A stretch of DNA of 64,000 bases from Botryllus schlosseri (lineage: Eukaryota). The notes beneath the pieces are model-generated. The model ran no database searches and was not told where the DNA came from. It worked only from the letters and a program-made list of their open reading frames with translations. Below are positions 12,601-25,230 of this stretch, piece by piece (position 1 is the first letter of the stretch; each line of letters starts with the position of its first letter). The DNA is taken from the NCBI GenBank assembly GCA_051294905.1, contig CM119384.1, forward strand, positions 10,974,001-11,038,000, read 5' to 3'. The translations under genes were made by a program, and so were the position numbers.

Positions 12601-15600
12601 TCCCGTACGAATTTCAATATCAAAATCGTCCTTCTTATTGCATATATGTGATATGATAATATAACTATAGCATCGCCATTCCATTCCACTGAATGCTGTT
12701 GGCAAAGGGCAAGATCACGCAGCCGATCACCCGTGTGCTGATTAAATTGCTTCGGCTTGAATACCATCCTTCAGGTCAAGCATGCGGGTCTTCATTCCAA
12801 ATAACTACGTGCCATAACAGTAAGGTTACCATATTTCGAATTCGAGAAAGGAGGTCACTTTTTTCAAATCATAAAAGTTTGTTTACCGAATTTGAAAAAA
12901 ACTGATTTTAAAATATTGACTGGAAACCTCGAGTTGACAAAAAAAAGGTCACACTCCGACTCGACTCCCGAATGACCAATTTCCCTACTTTGGCTGTAAA
13001 ATTTGGTGAGTTGACTGAAATAAAAAGGTCATCACTTTCGTTCGACTCCCGATTTACACACTTTTTAGTTTAAATTTAGTGGTGTCGACTAAAGAAAACG
13101 GTCGTCACTTCCGATCGAACCACGAATTTCCCGCTCGAAAAACGTCCATCTTTGCTATTTATGCCCATTTTCACTCGAATCTGTCCATTATCTTAGCGGT
13201 AAAGGAGGACGAATTGCCAAAATGGAGGACATTTAGGGCGGAGATAATAAAGTTAGCTGATCCAGAAGCGTGCTAAGCGTGTGATTAAATACTGCTAATG
13301 GCGACGCGTAGAGTTGGAAAAGGATATCGCTCTGCAATGGCGGGTACATAATTCGTTGATTGTTTCGTGAGCCATTACCTAGAAGACAGACCATCGGCAC
13401 GGTCATTATCGGAAATATTTGCGCGTAGGAATGATACGCAGTGTACGTAGTTTTTATAGATAACTTAACTAGTTATAGTTTTTGCCAGTTTGTTAACTCG
13501 TCAGATTAACACTAACTTTATGCGCCGCGATCAACCGGTTTCTTTAATTCTGGGTTGATAAATCCTGACGAACGCGATAATCGACTTCATTGCTAATCCA
13601 ACTTTATTATCTCCGCCCTTAGGCATCCTAAAGGAGGACGTATGGTAACCCTACATAACATTCAAACGTTGTCACAAGTTGAGACCGGTACCACCAAGTT
13701 TTATCAAAAGCACGGGCATATGTGTCATTGCTCTTCTAATGCAGTTTCCCTTCACTACTTCCTATCAAGGGGCAGAAGGCACTGACCATATGCAAAATTA
13801 TTTCACATTGCGCAATCCCTGACAAATTGATCTGGGATCGAAAATAAGCCCCGAAATGGTCAAGAAGTTATTGATGCTAGCGCTAGGTAAGTACTAGATG
13901 TAATGCCCAAATATATACACAATTCCAAGTAGAAGTAGCTGGTTCAGCGATATTCATAGACTACTTGAAGTAGAAGCATGAGATTTGATGATTACTCCAG
14001 TAATTTCCATTTGGTGAAACTACTGAAGTTGAAGTGAAACAGGTTCGAAATAAACCCATTTAGTAGTAAAAATACCTACTCGAGTATTCCTGAAGTACTT
14101 TGCGACTGACCGCTTACAATTAAGCCAGTGATGAGCTGGTTCAAGCCGAGGTGAACAGTGCATGGTTTGATCATATATATGATATCAAAAGAGCTTCAAT
14201 ATACACGTCGTATATGCACATTTCAAGAAACCGGACACAGACTTGGGTGAAGTGTGAATATGAAATTTGGAATGATGATGAATTCGTCCAACGTTAGTAT
14301 GAACATTGGACATGAATCACTACCGGATATGGATATTAGGCAGAATTTGGAATTGAGAATAAAAAATCTGCCTCGTAAATTGGGAAAGGTGGTGGACATC
14401 ATGCAACCCAAAAATCGACAATGCTGTAACAGGGCATCATGCGCAGCAGTATGAATTCAGGCATAGCCCCATAAATTCATATGATATATTCATATACTGC
14501 CATCATATCGTTGTGAAACAATAACGTCAGTGAAATTACAGCAATTGTCAAACTGCTTGAATTTTCCGCTAGGAAAATATATGCACTACGTATCTACTAG
14601 TAAAAAGTATGTAGGAAAATGTATCTCCGTTTCAGAAATATATGTGATAAATGTGTTGAAGAAATATGGCATGATTGCATCTATTGCATCTCTTCCTGAT
14701 GCAGACAAGTGAGAAAAAATATTCAGATGTAGTAAAGCAATATGTGCGGCATTTGCAAGGGTTTATTCGTCATAAACTCAGACATCAAAATCATTCCATG
14801 ACATTACTTTGCTATCGAAAATACTTGAACATGATAAGATGTTATTTTTTATTGGTCCACACCAATTTCGCTTCTATGTAGCTCTATTTTATCAAATCGA
14901 AATATAATCAATATCACAACTACGTACTTACTTGAGTAGATTTAAAGTCAGTTAATTCTACTACTACTTCCAGAAGTTTTAGGTTGTTTATGGAAGAATA
15001 CTTCTACTCGTACTTGAGTAAATTTTTACCGTCGCTACTTCTACTTCTACTTGAGTAGCTTTCTTGACTACTGTGACCACCTCTGGCCTTGTTCATCAGC
15101 ACGACCATCCTTATAAATAACAAAACCCAGAAAAAATTATAAAATCCATGGCACAAAACACCTTAGGCTGATTCACATTCATTTTTACATTCTCAACACA
15201 CATTAGCTGTAAACAGGCAGGAAGAATCCTCAAACATTCCGAGTGATGTCAGCAGCCATCCATAAATTTGCCGATGTAGAATAGGTTGTTGATATTCCCC
15301 TATCACAATGTACCACTGTTTATGGCTACATCTCTATTTGGTCATTAGACATTACCTATCACTACCTACGGCATATTATGGTACCATGAGGTGAGTAGAA
15401 TTAGTATAAATATCACTGTATGGTAGCTGGTATAGAAAAATACTCCAATGAATAGTTTTAATGTGTGAAATGTGATTTCTTTCTCCTACAGCATTCTGAG
15501 GTCAGGACTTGCATCCCCCAACATCGAGTCTTACCTTCAGGTTTGTATTGAACTTCCATTGTGATCGAATGAGATGACGATTTGAGAACATTGATAGCCT

Positions 15601-18600
15601 CGTCATGCGTCGCGGATGACACATCTACATTGTTGACCTTGAGAAATTGCAATGAATCATGAAGAACAATTGAACACAGAAGCGAAACTCTTAAAAATCT
15701 TTGCCGCAACATAAAGTTGGTTGAGCTGCTACGACAGTTCATTGCTAATTATTGTAGGTAAAAGATTTGCATAAGAAAACACAAAAATGATATTTCATTG
15801 ATCTACAAAAATATGCCTCTCACATTGTGCCATTTGTTTTGATATATACTCATTTAAACAGGTAATTATGTGTGGTTTCAAAGGATCGATTGTGTTAGAA
15901 CACCTTTAGTTGAGGCAATGATGGTAAATTTAACTGTAACATTTGATCATTTTCAGACAGTATTATGAGACAGTATTGAGCATCTGATAAGTCTAAGCAT
16001 GTCTTTTAATTGTGGGATCTCAAAACCAGAGTCAAGAGAAACCTAACTGCATAATTGTGGTGTAGTCAACATCGAGTGACAACTGACATTTAATGACATG
16101 AATATTGATGAAATAATTATAAAATAGCAGTTATTGCCAAACTGCGTTACAATACCGATTAATACCAGCTCATATTCTCGCTTCAGAGAAAAAGACATCT
16201 CGAAAATCTCACTGTCAGGATATGATCGCCTTTGTACAGCAGCCTACTGGCTTCCGCGACACCGCCCTCATGAATGTTGGATATAAAAACACCGCTGTGC
16301 TTGTCACCACCGACAATGTTGATTCCCAAACCATCCGGGCCTTTGCAGAGGGTGATAGATCGCATGCCCCTGAAACCGATACGAAACAGTTAGCAGTAAC
16401 TTGAATATAACATGAATGATAAGTCTTGAAACATTTATACACAGACATTGATTGCGGCAAAATTAACTCGGGGAAAAATCGAAACCTGTTGAAATCTTTT
16501 TTGATACGGAGCAAAATCTAAATCTTTATGACCTTGCGGTATAAAAATATGCCGCAAGCATTCAACCTTACATGTCTGCAAATTGCTGCTGAGTGTGGAG
16601 ATAAAATTATAATATCCATAATAAATATGGGCCGTGTCAGAGCATAATGCTGTATATGATCACTACATCTTACCCAAATCCTTACCAGGTTTTCGAAAAT
16701 ATCTGTATAGATATCTCGCAATTTAACCTACAATACTGGCACATCAATATCACTTCATCATTATCGGTTCACGTTTTCGATAATGTACGTTTCGTAAATA
16801 AATATTAAAATGGCTGTCATCGAAATTGAGTAGTCGAATGAGCACCATGGCGAATTTGCATGTCGGTGTTGTACAGGATTGTTGAATTTAGAACGGATTC
16901 CATCTTGACTTAGGATGAGCAAAACTTCATTGATTTTTGCTGCCGAATGGTATCTAAAGACTCTGTGTGGGCCTAACGAATTTTCGTAACGTAACAAGAA
17001 TGGTCGCAGATGACAGACACATATCTAAAGCATGCCACAGACATAATCCACTTATCATGGTGTATACAACAAAGGATTGGTAAAAAGCACAAAGGAAATC
17101 CAATCACAATCAAACCGTAAAAAGCCTATCTTACAGGTCTTGTAAGATAAGTTCAGACTATTAAAAATACTGCAGCACCGACTATGGTCAAAGCAGTGAC
17201 CGAAAAAAAGTGAAGACAAGTTTATTACATAGGCGGAAAACAGCTAGATATTGCCCTACTCTCAATGTAGGCCTACACATCGGCAATACCTTGGAATATC
17301 TTGGTCCAGTCCAGAGTGGGTTGATAGATATTGGTCATGATCAGTGTATAGAGAAAGTTCCCGAGATAGATCTGAAATAAGGTTCACAATGTCGCGAACT
17401 TAATGATCCGTTACTCATACAAATTCCTTCAAGATATGGGTGTTGGGTATCTTGGATTTTAGCAATATTGCCCTGTGCAATAGTTCCTAACCAGGGGTCC
17501 GTGACTGCACTGATATTGACAAAATTAAATAACAGTAGTCAAAAAATTATATGTCAACTTAAGGCTACAAATTTTTCTATTGAACAAGATATAAGTGAAG
17601 CTTTACAAAAATAACTATAAATAGTTGTGTTTTGTTGCAAAAAGGACCAGATCGGCCATCCAGAAATGACGTAAATATTGTATAACTCAAACGAAAATCC
17701 ATCAACATATATAAATAATCACTTATGATCACACTGTTTCAAGATCATCGTAAGAAATGTACTCGTCAACTTCGGTTCATTCAATGACACAAAAATGCTA
17801 ACCGTTAGAAGCAATAGCGGACGTTGAATGAACTTTGGTGAGAAGTGGTGATGTACTTGAATACTCCGGAGCAGTATTCGAAGAGGCAAATTCATCGTGA
17901 GGTAACATTGAAGAAGGCTGGAGTTGGTTGAATTCACGGATGGGAACCGGTAAACTGAAGGCAAAGCATCAAAATACTAATTAAAATACTACAAGCAAGT
18001 GGGGTGTAAAATAAACCAGTGCCGCATAGGGGCACTTAATTTTGACAAAGAACACGTAAAGGTTGAGTACACTTGACACAATCATTCTAACAAAAGAGTG
18101 AACGGACCAATTGGATTGAGCAAAAGCCAAAGCACACTGATTGAAGACAAATGAAGCATAGATTCGGAAATTATTGATCTACTAGCTTAGCTACCATGGC
18201 AGTTTTGTTCTGCTTCTGGTTAAGAAACAAACGACTTGGTACGGCACATTGAAATCGAATATCTTACTGAGGCAACTCTGGCATGGTGTGTATTCAAAAC
18301 TAATTTTGTAAATGGGTATTTCCTTTACTTATGTTGACGTCAGACATGGGTCACACTTTGTAACTGCAAAATATATGTATTTGTGAATAAGAGTGAATAC
18401 TTTACCATGCGATCGCAATCGATCACTGCAAGGTTTTGCTGTAATCGTGCTTATCAGAATTAATCAGAATCAATAGTATTGGTGAGTTCTTGCCCCTTTC
18501 TGATTGATAACAACAAACACACACGGGTGGAATTACTGTAAGGTAAAAATGATATCTGTGAGAAAACCTACTGTACTACTAATCTGCAATCAAATCTTCA

Positions 18601-21600
18601 GAACTATTCCCAAGTTTACGAAAGTTTGATTGAATTGTCTGAATACATTATCGCAAGTTATTGTCACACAAATCAATAGGCCTAGTAGATAAACCAATAG
18701 GCTCTGCTGTTGAGATATGTTGTATTCTCAAGTGTATTGCGCTTTTGTTATTTTAATAACAACATGTCAAAACTCAAACATCAACACAGTTTGAGCTATG
18801 TTACCTTGTATCAGCAAACGGCTCTGCACCATGCAGGTAGTCATTGTGAGGCACGGTCTGGGGGAATTCTGGAACATGCAGACCGAATTCCCTGCGTAAA
18901 ATTTTCAAAGCCACGGTATCCTTTGTGGATTTCAAGACTGAAACCGCGATGTCGTGATTCACCGCTTGCAACGATATCCCGTCAACCTAAGATGGAAAAT
19001 TATGAATAGCCTACGAGTAGCGTTGGATACACATTCCAAGTTTTGTGTCAACGTTATGAACGAAACAAAGGTGATTTCTTATATAGGTCTTTTGAGACTG
19101 GGGTTCATGACAACGAATTATGGCTGGGAAACACAGTCAATGAAGCTGCCATGAGAAACTTGAGCATTAGGCCTATACACAAATAATTCAAACTATGTAT
19201 CTTGCGTAGGACAGGAAAACAATGCTTTGTGCCGATATCTGCAAACAAAAAGTAACTTTGATTACATCAAAGCATACTGGGCTTGACTCACTTCAAGAAT
19301 TTTATCTTCTGGTTGCAAACGACCGTCCTCCTCAGCTGCACCTCCTTTGATGATCTTTGTAATGAAAATTCCGTGGTCGTCTTGGACGTGCTCATTACCG
19401 ATACCGCCGGCAATAGTAAATCCCAGCCCTAAAAGGATCAGAAATGAAAACATGATAGTGACAAATTAATTTCTTTTGTTGAATCCATGAACCAATGAAA
19501 ATAGATAGGCCAGAGCACATCCAGGCTTTAGGTAGTGGCGTGGCTCTTGGTTATCAACATTCTCCCAGGCATATAATCCTTGAAACCTTCATTTCAGAAG
19601 CTCTAGGAATTACTGTGTCGTGAAGTGGAAATAGGAACACAGGACGGCCAAGGACAGAGGCACATTCATCCAACAACCCGTGAAAATGTATAATGCAATT
19701 CACACAAGTGTATCACCTTTCATGCCTTTGGATATCACAATTTCCAGAATGGTACCATTATAAGCAATGTCAACAGCGTCATGTATTGGCAATCTCCGAA
19801 CAACCAACCTGGAATATATCGGTTTGGGTGAAATCACACGTCCCGTTTTGGGAAAACAAAATAGCTACCTGACAGTTGTCTGGCACAATTTTAAAGCTTC
19901 CACGGCCTCTTTGTGTTCCACATTCATGGTGTTGATGCCGTTCACGTAAATGATAGCGTCATTTACCCTGGAATATGCAATGCGGACACTCGACAATACC
20001 ACATATAGCATATGTGAAATCAAATCACCAATAGCAGCAAAACAACATGAATATTTCATTAACTGATGCAATAAAAAAGAGACCAAGTAATTTCGCCCAA
20101 GAGCATCACGGGATCCAACCGAATCAGTGCATCTGTCCATCAACTAGCGTTACGAAGAGTTAATCTTGCTGGGAACCAATGTTTGACGAACAGTCCTGGC
20201 GATAATGGATCTAAAACTATGTGATGGTTTTCGGAAATGTATTCCTTTTCAATCTTGTTTGGTGATGATGATCCGGCTGAATTTCAATTTAGAATATTTT
20301 CCGAAAATATCAACTATTTCTCTCATGAGTTTGCTAAAATAAAAGATTCTCCACCATTATCTGTGGCAATTATGGTAATGTTACACATCAGATATCACAG
20401 AAAGCTAGAGGAATATTGGTCCCGCTACATTGTTTCTACTCTCTATGACTTCGCAAAAAGGAATTCGAATAAACCGTTATCCGTAATTTCACATACAAAA
20501 TACAGCCATGCAGGTTACCTTAGTCTACCATCTTCAGCTGCTGCACCACTTGGAAGAATTTTCGTGATGTAAATACTGGGATCATCTCCTTCCAGAGGAT
20601 TATCTCTGCCTCCAGCAATAGAAAATCCTAATCCAATAGAACCCTGCGAACAGATTAGTCCATTCATGGAGTGTAATTTAATCATGAAACAGACACTATT
20701 ATTACAAAGGCTTCATAATAAACGGATCCTACTGGTTATGAATTTGTGATTAGAGAGATAGAGGTGGCATTATTTTCTTCCGACCAAAATAGATACCAAA
20801 CATACAGCAACAATAATGGTGCAGAAGAAATGGTCGATCTTAGAGTCTAGTCTAATCACCCCGCACCAAACAAATTCACTATCTCTACCTCAATTGGTGG
20901 TAAATAAGAAATAATAGTAGGCTAATTGTAGGTAAATCGTAGCACCAAGGAAAAAAAATTGGACGCAAAGTCTGGGCTAACTATGGTACCAATGTCAATA
21001 TGACCATGAGGTGATCAAGTAAATATTGTAAGATCTACCATACGCAATTCATTCAAAATGATGGGCCATGAGTAGTCGATAGACGTTTTGGTGAGCATCT
21101 TTAGCAGGAAACATTAACGACATTGGAAAATATTTGTGTACAACTTTTTACACTTCAAAGCAAAATCATCTACATTCAAAATTTTGTGTAATAAGGTGAC
21201 AATCTGGCGCGTACAGAAAACTAGGTTCTCAATGCCCCAACTCTAAACACTATTCCATTCCTCAGTATACTGCAGATTAAGTGACATACAAACAGAAACA
21301 CATTAAAATTGCAACCTATTGCGATGGAAAAATATCATATAAAGAAATCCCCAAGACATTATGGAATAATTTATGTGACTCAGCCAGTTTCAATTAATGG
21401 GTACATCAGCAGGATCACAACCTTGCATATATCATATCTAACCAAGATAGAAAGCGTTTGCGATCCCACACTTACAGCCATCACATAATGGTCCTAATAT
21501 AATATCAAGACTTACCCGTTCCAATGTGATATTTTCATATTCATAAGCGGGTGATTTCACGTCTCGATACATATCGTCAGCGGCATGCTGAAAAAAGGTT

Positions 21601-22763
21601 TGGCGATCTCAAAAATAAGGTGGGCAATGTTGACAGAAGTGGAATTGAATTGAGAAAAAGGTTTCCAATTTACATCAATGATTCTTTTCCAAAATTTGGA
21701 CTGGATCCGGCGGATGTTGCCACAAATTAGCTGAAGCAAAGGGTTATGATGACACTTTAGCACAGCTATTTAAAGTCTCTCCCAGCCAAATTCGCTGCGT
21801 AGAATATTCAGGTGTCATGATCACACGACATAGTTCCGAATCCCCCAATATTCCTACTCCACATTTTGAACCAGTCTGGGACATTCCATGTCTCATGAAG
21901 TTTTCAAAGCTGTAATGAATTCTTAGAAAGTACTTCTACTTCTTTTCAATTCTTTCTAATTTTGGCCTGCGGTCAAGCACCCTTCTACTTCTACTTGTAA
22001 ATTGTCACATCCTCACTTAGCCTACATTGGAGTCGGATTCAATAATACTTAAATGGCCATCTCTGATAATGTCACAATGATGTGACTGGAAGCTTATAAA
22101 TTCAATGACCATCTTAACAGACTTGATACGAATATATTTGCAGGGAAGTAACAGTCGTTATTTTCGTAAATGAAATTCCCGCAGCAAAGCAGGAATACAA
22201 GAAAACATTGCCTTTGGTAACAGGACGTCAGGACAAAGTCAGCAAAAATTCATCAAACACTTGAAATAAATACATGATTGTTTTGATTGTAGTGAGCGAG
22301 CATTCCATCTTCAGCCGTGCTTGCAGGACGCTCCGTAGATGGCGTGAATCTACGGACACTTGTCTTGGGGTGCTCTTTCTCGATGAGCGGTTTCGTCATG
22401 AGTGCATAAACTTCTTGAATATCTGTTTAATAAGAATGAAAAACGTAAGGCATATGAGTGTAAATGCTCCGGTAATATGTAGAAAACGGGTTGACTAAGC
22501 TTCATTAATGAGTGAAAATCTTGTCAGAAATAGTATAGGTTACTCACAACCTTACCGATAAGGGCACCAAACAAATCATTGTTCAGAGTATCCATTATAT
22601 TTTCTATAGCGTTTCTCAAGTCCTCGTCTTCTCTGTCTGTTAATTTTTCGTGATAGCCTTGCAAGACGGAGAGAGCATGATCCGCATCTGGAAACGATCA
22701 CCAAGATTGAGAATGTGATTGTCTCGTATAGCAAAAATGCTAACCTTGTTTCGTGACAGGCAT
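3627..22763 (-). CDS. DLG1: Discs large homolog 1 (MAGUK: L27-PDZ1-PDZ2-PDZ3-SH3-HOOK-GUK), 23 coding exons, ~874 aa
   Basis: Exons traced with GT-AG ends and matching phases: 22745-22763 (MPVTKQ), 22556-22687 and 22274-22422 (L27, ALIDIQEVY), 21516-21587 ([10 protein letters not shown]), 20519-20643 (GLGFSIAGG), 19869-19967, 19717-19808, 19292-19428 (GLGFTIAGG), 18805-18986, 17803-17954, 17290-17371, 16213-16369 (GLGINIVGG), 15535-15637, 10379-10525 (VRALFDYD), 9738-9814 (DDEWWQAR), 9337-9459, 9158-9257 ([10 protein letters not shown]), 7563-7607, 7456-7500, 6566-6667 (RPVVLLGP), 5942-6114 ([13 protein letters not shown]), 3893-4002 (CILDVSG), 3627-3828 (stop TAA). Total 2625 nt, in frame. 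Confidence 0.95.
4015..4292. repeat. Diverged tandem duplication, ~147-bp unit x2, in a DLG1 intron
   Basis: TGGCATT(T/G)TGATAAATTGCTG occurs at 4021 and 4168, and GTTGAATATGAAGGA at 4132 and 4278. Confidence 0.85.
5294..5450. mobile_element. Truncated MITE fragment(s), CAGAGGTGGTCA-TIR / AAGTA-rich family
   Basis: Two left-end copies, CAGAGGTGGTCA at 5294 and 5405, with AAGTA/TACT-rich subterminal repeats. No right end found. Confidence 0.5.
7865..8953. mobile_element. Non-autonomous hAT-like element, 1089 bp, in a DLG1 intron
   Basis: TIRs CAGGCGCGTAGTCAG / CTGGCTACGCGTCTG (13/15). Perfect 8-bp TSD CTTGCAGT (7857-7864, 8954-8961). Internal imperfect repeats (ATCGCATCTG(C/T)AATAGGCC) at ~8085-8400. 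Confidence 0.9.
12821..13653. mobile_element. Non-autonomous hAT-like element, 833 bp, TAGGGTTACCATA TIR
   Basis: TIRs TAAGGTTACCATA / TATGGTAACCCTA. 8-bp TSD CATAACAG / CATAACAT (7/8). Internal inverted repeat at ~13226-13250 and ~13596-13622. Confidence 0.85.
13851..15085. mobile_element. Probable CAGAGGTGGTCA-family element with ~0.8 kb unrelated internal sequence
   Basis: Right end TGACCACCTCTG (ends 15085) and a degenerate left end CCGAAATGGTCAAGAAGT (13851). AAGTAG/CTACTT-rich subterminal blocks at ~13880-14110 and ~14920-15075. No TSD found, so it could instead be two separate fragments. Confidence 0.45.
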
Positions 22764-24462
22764 TGTGTGTAGATATTATGGTCTTCACCGTACGTACTGT
22801 TTTACAATATTACGCGAGCAAATTCACCAACTACCAATAATCATGGCCGGCGCTTTCACTAAATATCCGGTCTGCTAAGAATATAGAGGCATTGTAACTA
22901 TTCAGTTTGGTATGAGTGAAGTAAATTGCCCACGTAGTCCTTATTCACACTTTCATGGAAAAGGGCATACAAAGAGTTGCCCGACTCTATAATAGTTATG
23001 CTCTGTCTTCAAAGCGCCGTCTGACATACAACACTATCTGTAGGCTAACTGACACAAAAATTATTATTAATCAGACACTATATAAATCCAGGAGCCGTTG
23101 TCGCTTGCGGTCAAGTGAACCTGTGGCGGAATATCGCCGAAAAGCAATACCCAGGGGAATACTCAATTCCGTCTTTCGCAGTTTCTGCCATATCTCCAGC
23201 GAATTTGAGCTCTGCATTCGAGATATTTCAACTAAATTATCTCTGCATCACTGAACAAGTAAACAAGCCGGCGAATTCCAGCTGTGGGAGGGAGTTGATC
23301 GTTTTGCGGTCTCGTAGTGTAACCCATAAATAATAATAATAATGACGTGTATCTAGTACAGATTCATGTGCTGTTACATTGCATCGGTCCGATATTACAC
23401 GAAAGGATTTATAACATATTCAAGATACTACGATAAGAAAATGATATATCGACAAAGGGCTAGTCATGTAGCATCCTTGGCACATGACACTCATCTTTAG
23501 CAAAAGCTGTGCTCTGCTTGGATTCCAAGAGGAGGTGAAGCTCCTGCACGCGATTGAAATAACATGCACTCATTTAGACCAGTGGTTCTTTATCTGGGGT
23601 GTGAGGACTTGTTCTAAGAGTTCCATAATTCAATCAATAAATCGTAATATTATATTTTCATCCGATCAAGACACACACACTGTACAGTGCAATAAGATAC
23701 AATACGGAACAGGAGAATGCCGATATACCGGGTGCAGTCCATGAAGTGCCCATGTTGAAACTACAGCTATAAAACCTAATTGTCCTTATATTCGCCTTAT
23801 GTAGATATTTTGTCAGTGCTCACCACTGGTGGTAATAGTCACACAGACGATACAAACACCAACTGGTAACCGGGCCGTGAGTTAGTTTCCTTTATAAGAC
23901 CACTCCCGTATTTGTCAATATATTTACGCCTCTGATCACCAGAGTTATGCCAGGAAACAACTAAAACACAAACATCCCTCAATCCCACTCTGATACAGGG
24001 ATATATCCCTGTCTGATACCTTCAAACGCTTAGAATTTCTACATATGCCTGCTTAATACGGAATATTAGTTACACATTGGTGCATAAGTCATAGTACAGT
24101 AACCAAGTCAGCTGAAATTGGTCTGCAAACAATCCAACTTAGGCAACGACAAAAATGACACCGTGTATACTGCATGATGTAATTTACTGATCGTTTAAAA
24201 AAACAAAAATAAAAACTGCTACCCGGTATAAAAATCGCATGCAAAAAGGCAAGCAGCGTTATGCAAAATACAGTGTTGAAGACAATAAAAACAGAGGACA
24301 CGAGATGCTTAAAAAATAATTGCCTATTTCATTCCAACCAGAGGCCCGCGATTTTTTCGCAACGTGCAAAGTCACACCGATCGCAAGTGCTCGGGGTCGA
24401 TAAAATCAAGTCGAGAACGTAGGAAAATTTACGATTGACAACTTGCTCGAGTCACCCTAGTG

Positions 24463-25156
24463 CAGGGCTGGCCAACCTTTTCCGCCAAAGGGCCACATTC
24501 GATCGACGAAATATTGCACGGGCCACCAGCCGCGCGAAGCGCGAAAATTTTTCGAAGTTCATAGCATAATAATATTGTCATTTGACTGTATTGCGGGCCT
24601 GCAGTATATCGCTGGGCTCAGTTTGCCAGAACTGGACTATTCAGCGCCTGGACATATCAATTTCGAAAGCTTCGACCGACATGCGTCAATCGTTTTGTGC
24701 CTAGGTTTCATAGTCGACGGTCTTTCTGCGAACGCAAACGCTAGGTTGCATATGTTGAACGACACTGCCTCGTAATCGAGAATATAGTTAGATTCAATCT
24801 GATACATTAGGCGTTCTTTCATTTTCACAAAGGTTTAACAATATTAAAAGCAAGAAATCGAGTGACAACATGTTGCACGAAGCGTGTAGATAACATTTAC
24901 TTTTGATGACTTTATCGCAAAATATTCTGCTTTATTGTAGTGTACCAAAGTGTGACTGGCTCATGGAAATGCCAATAAGTCGTAACTGATATTTTAGCCA
25001 TAACATCTCAAGTGTTGCTTCCAGACTAATCAAATTTTTGGTTGGCCTTACAAGTTCACAATATGTGCAATTCATTTTTTATACCATTACCAATTTCGGA
25101 AATTAGCTGGCGGGCCACTCAAAACCTTCTCGCGGGCCACGGGTTGGCCGGCCCTG
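24463..25156. mobile_element. Non-autonomous hAT (Charlie/Buster-like) element, 694 bp, 74 bp downstream of the PTK7 stop
   Basis: TIRs CAGGGCTGGCCAACC / GGTTGGCCGGCCCTG. 8-bp TSD CCCTAGTG / CTCTAGTG (7/8), with a central TA as in Charlie-type targets. Confidence 0.85.
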
Positions 25157-25230
25157 CTCTAGTGGGAGCTGCTCGTTTATGCCCTGAACCCGACTGAGTT
25201 GTACGGAATCCCAGAGTACTGGAACAGACA

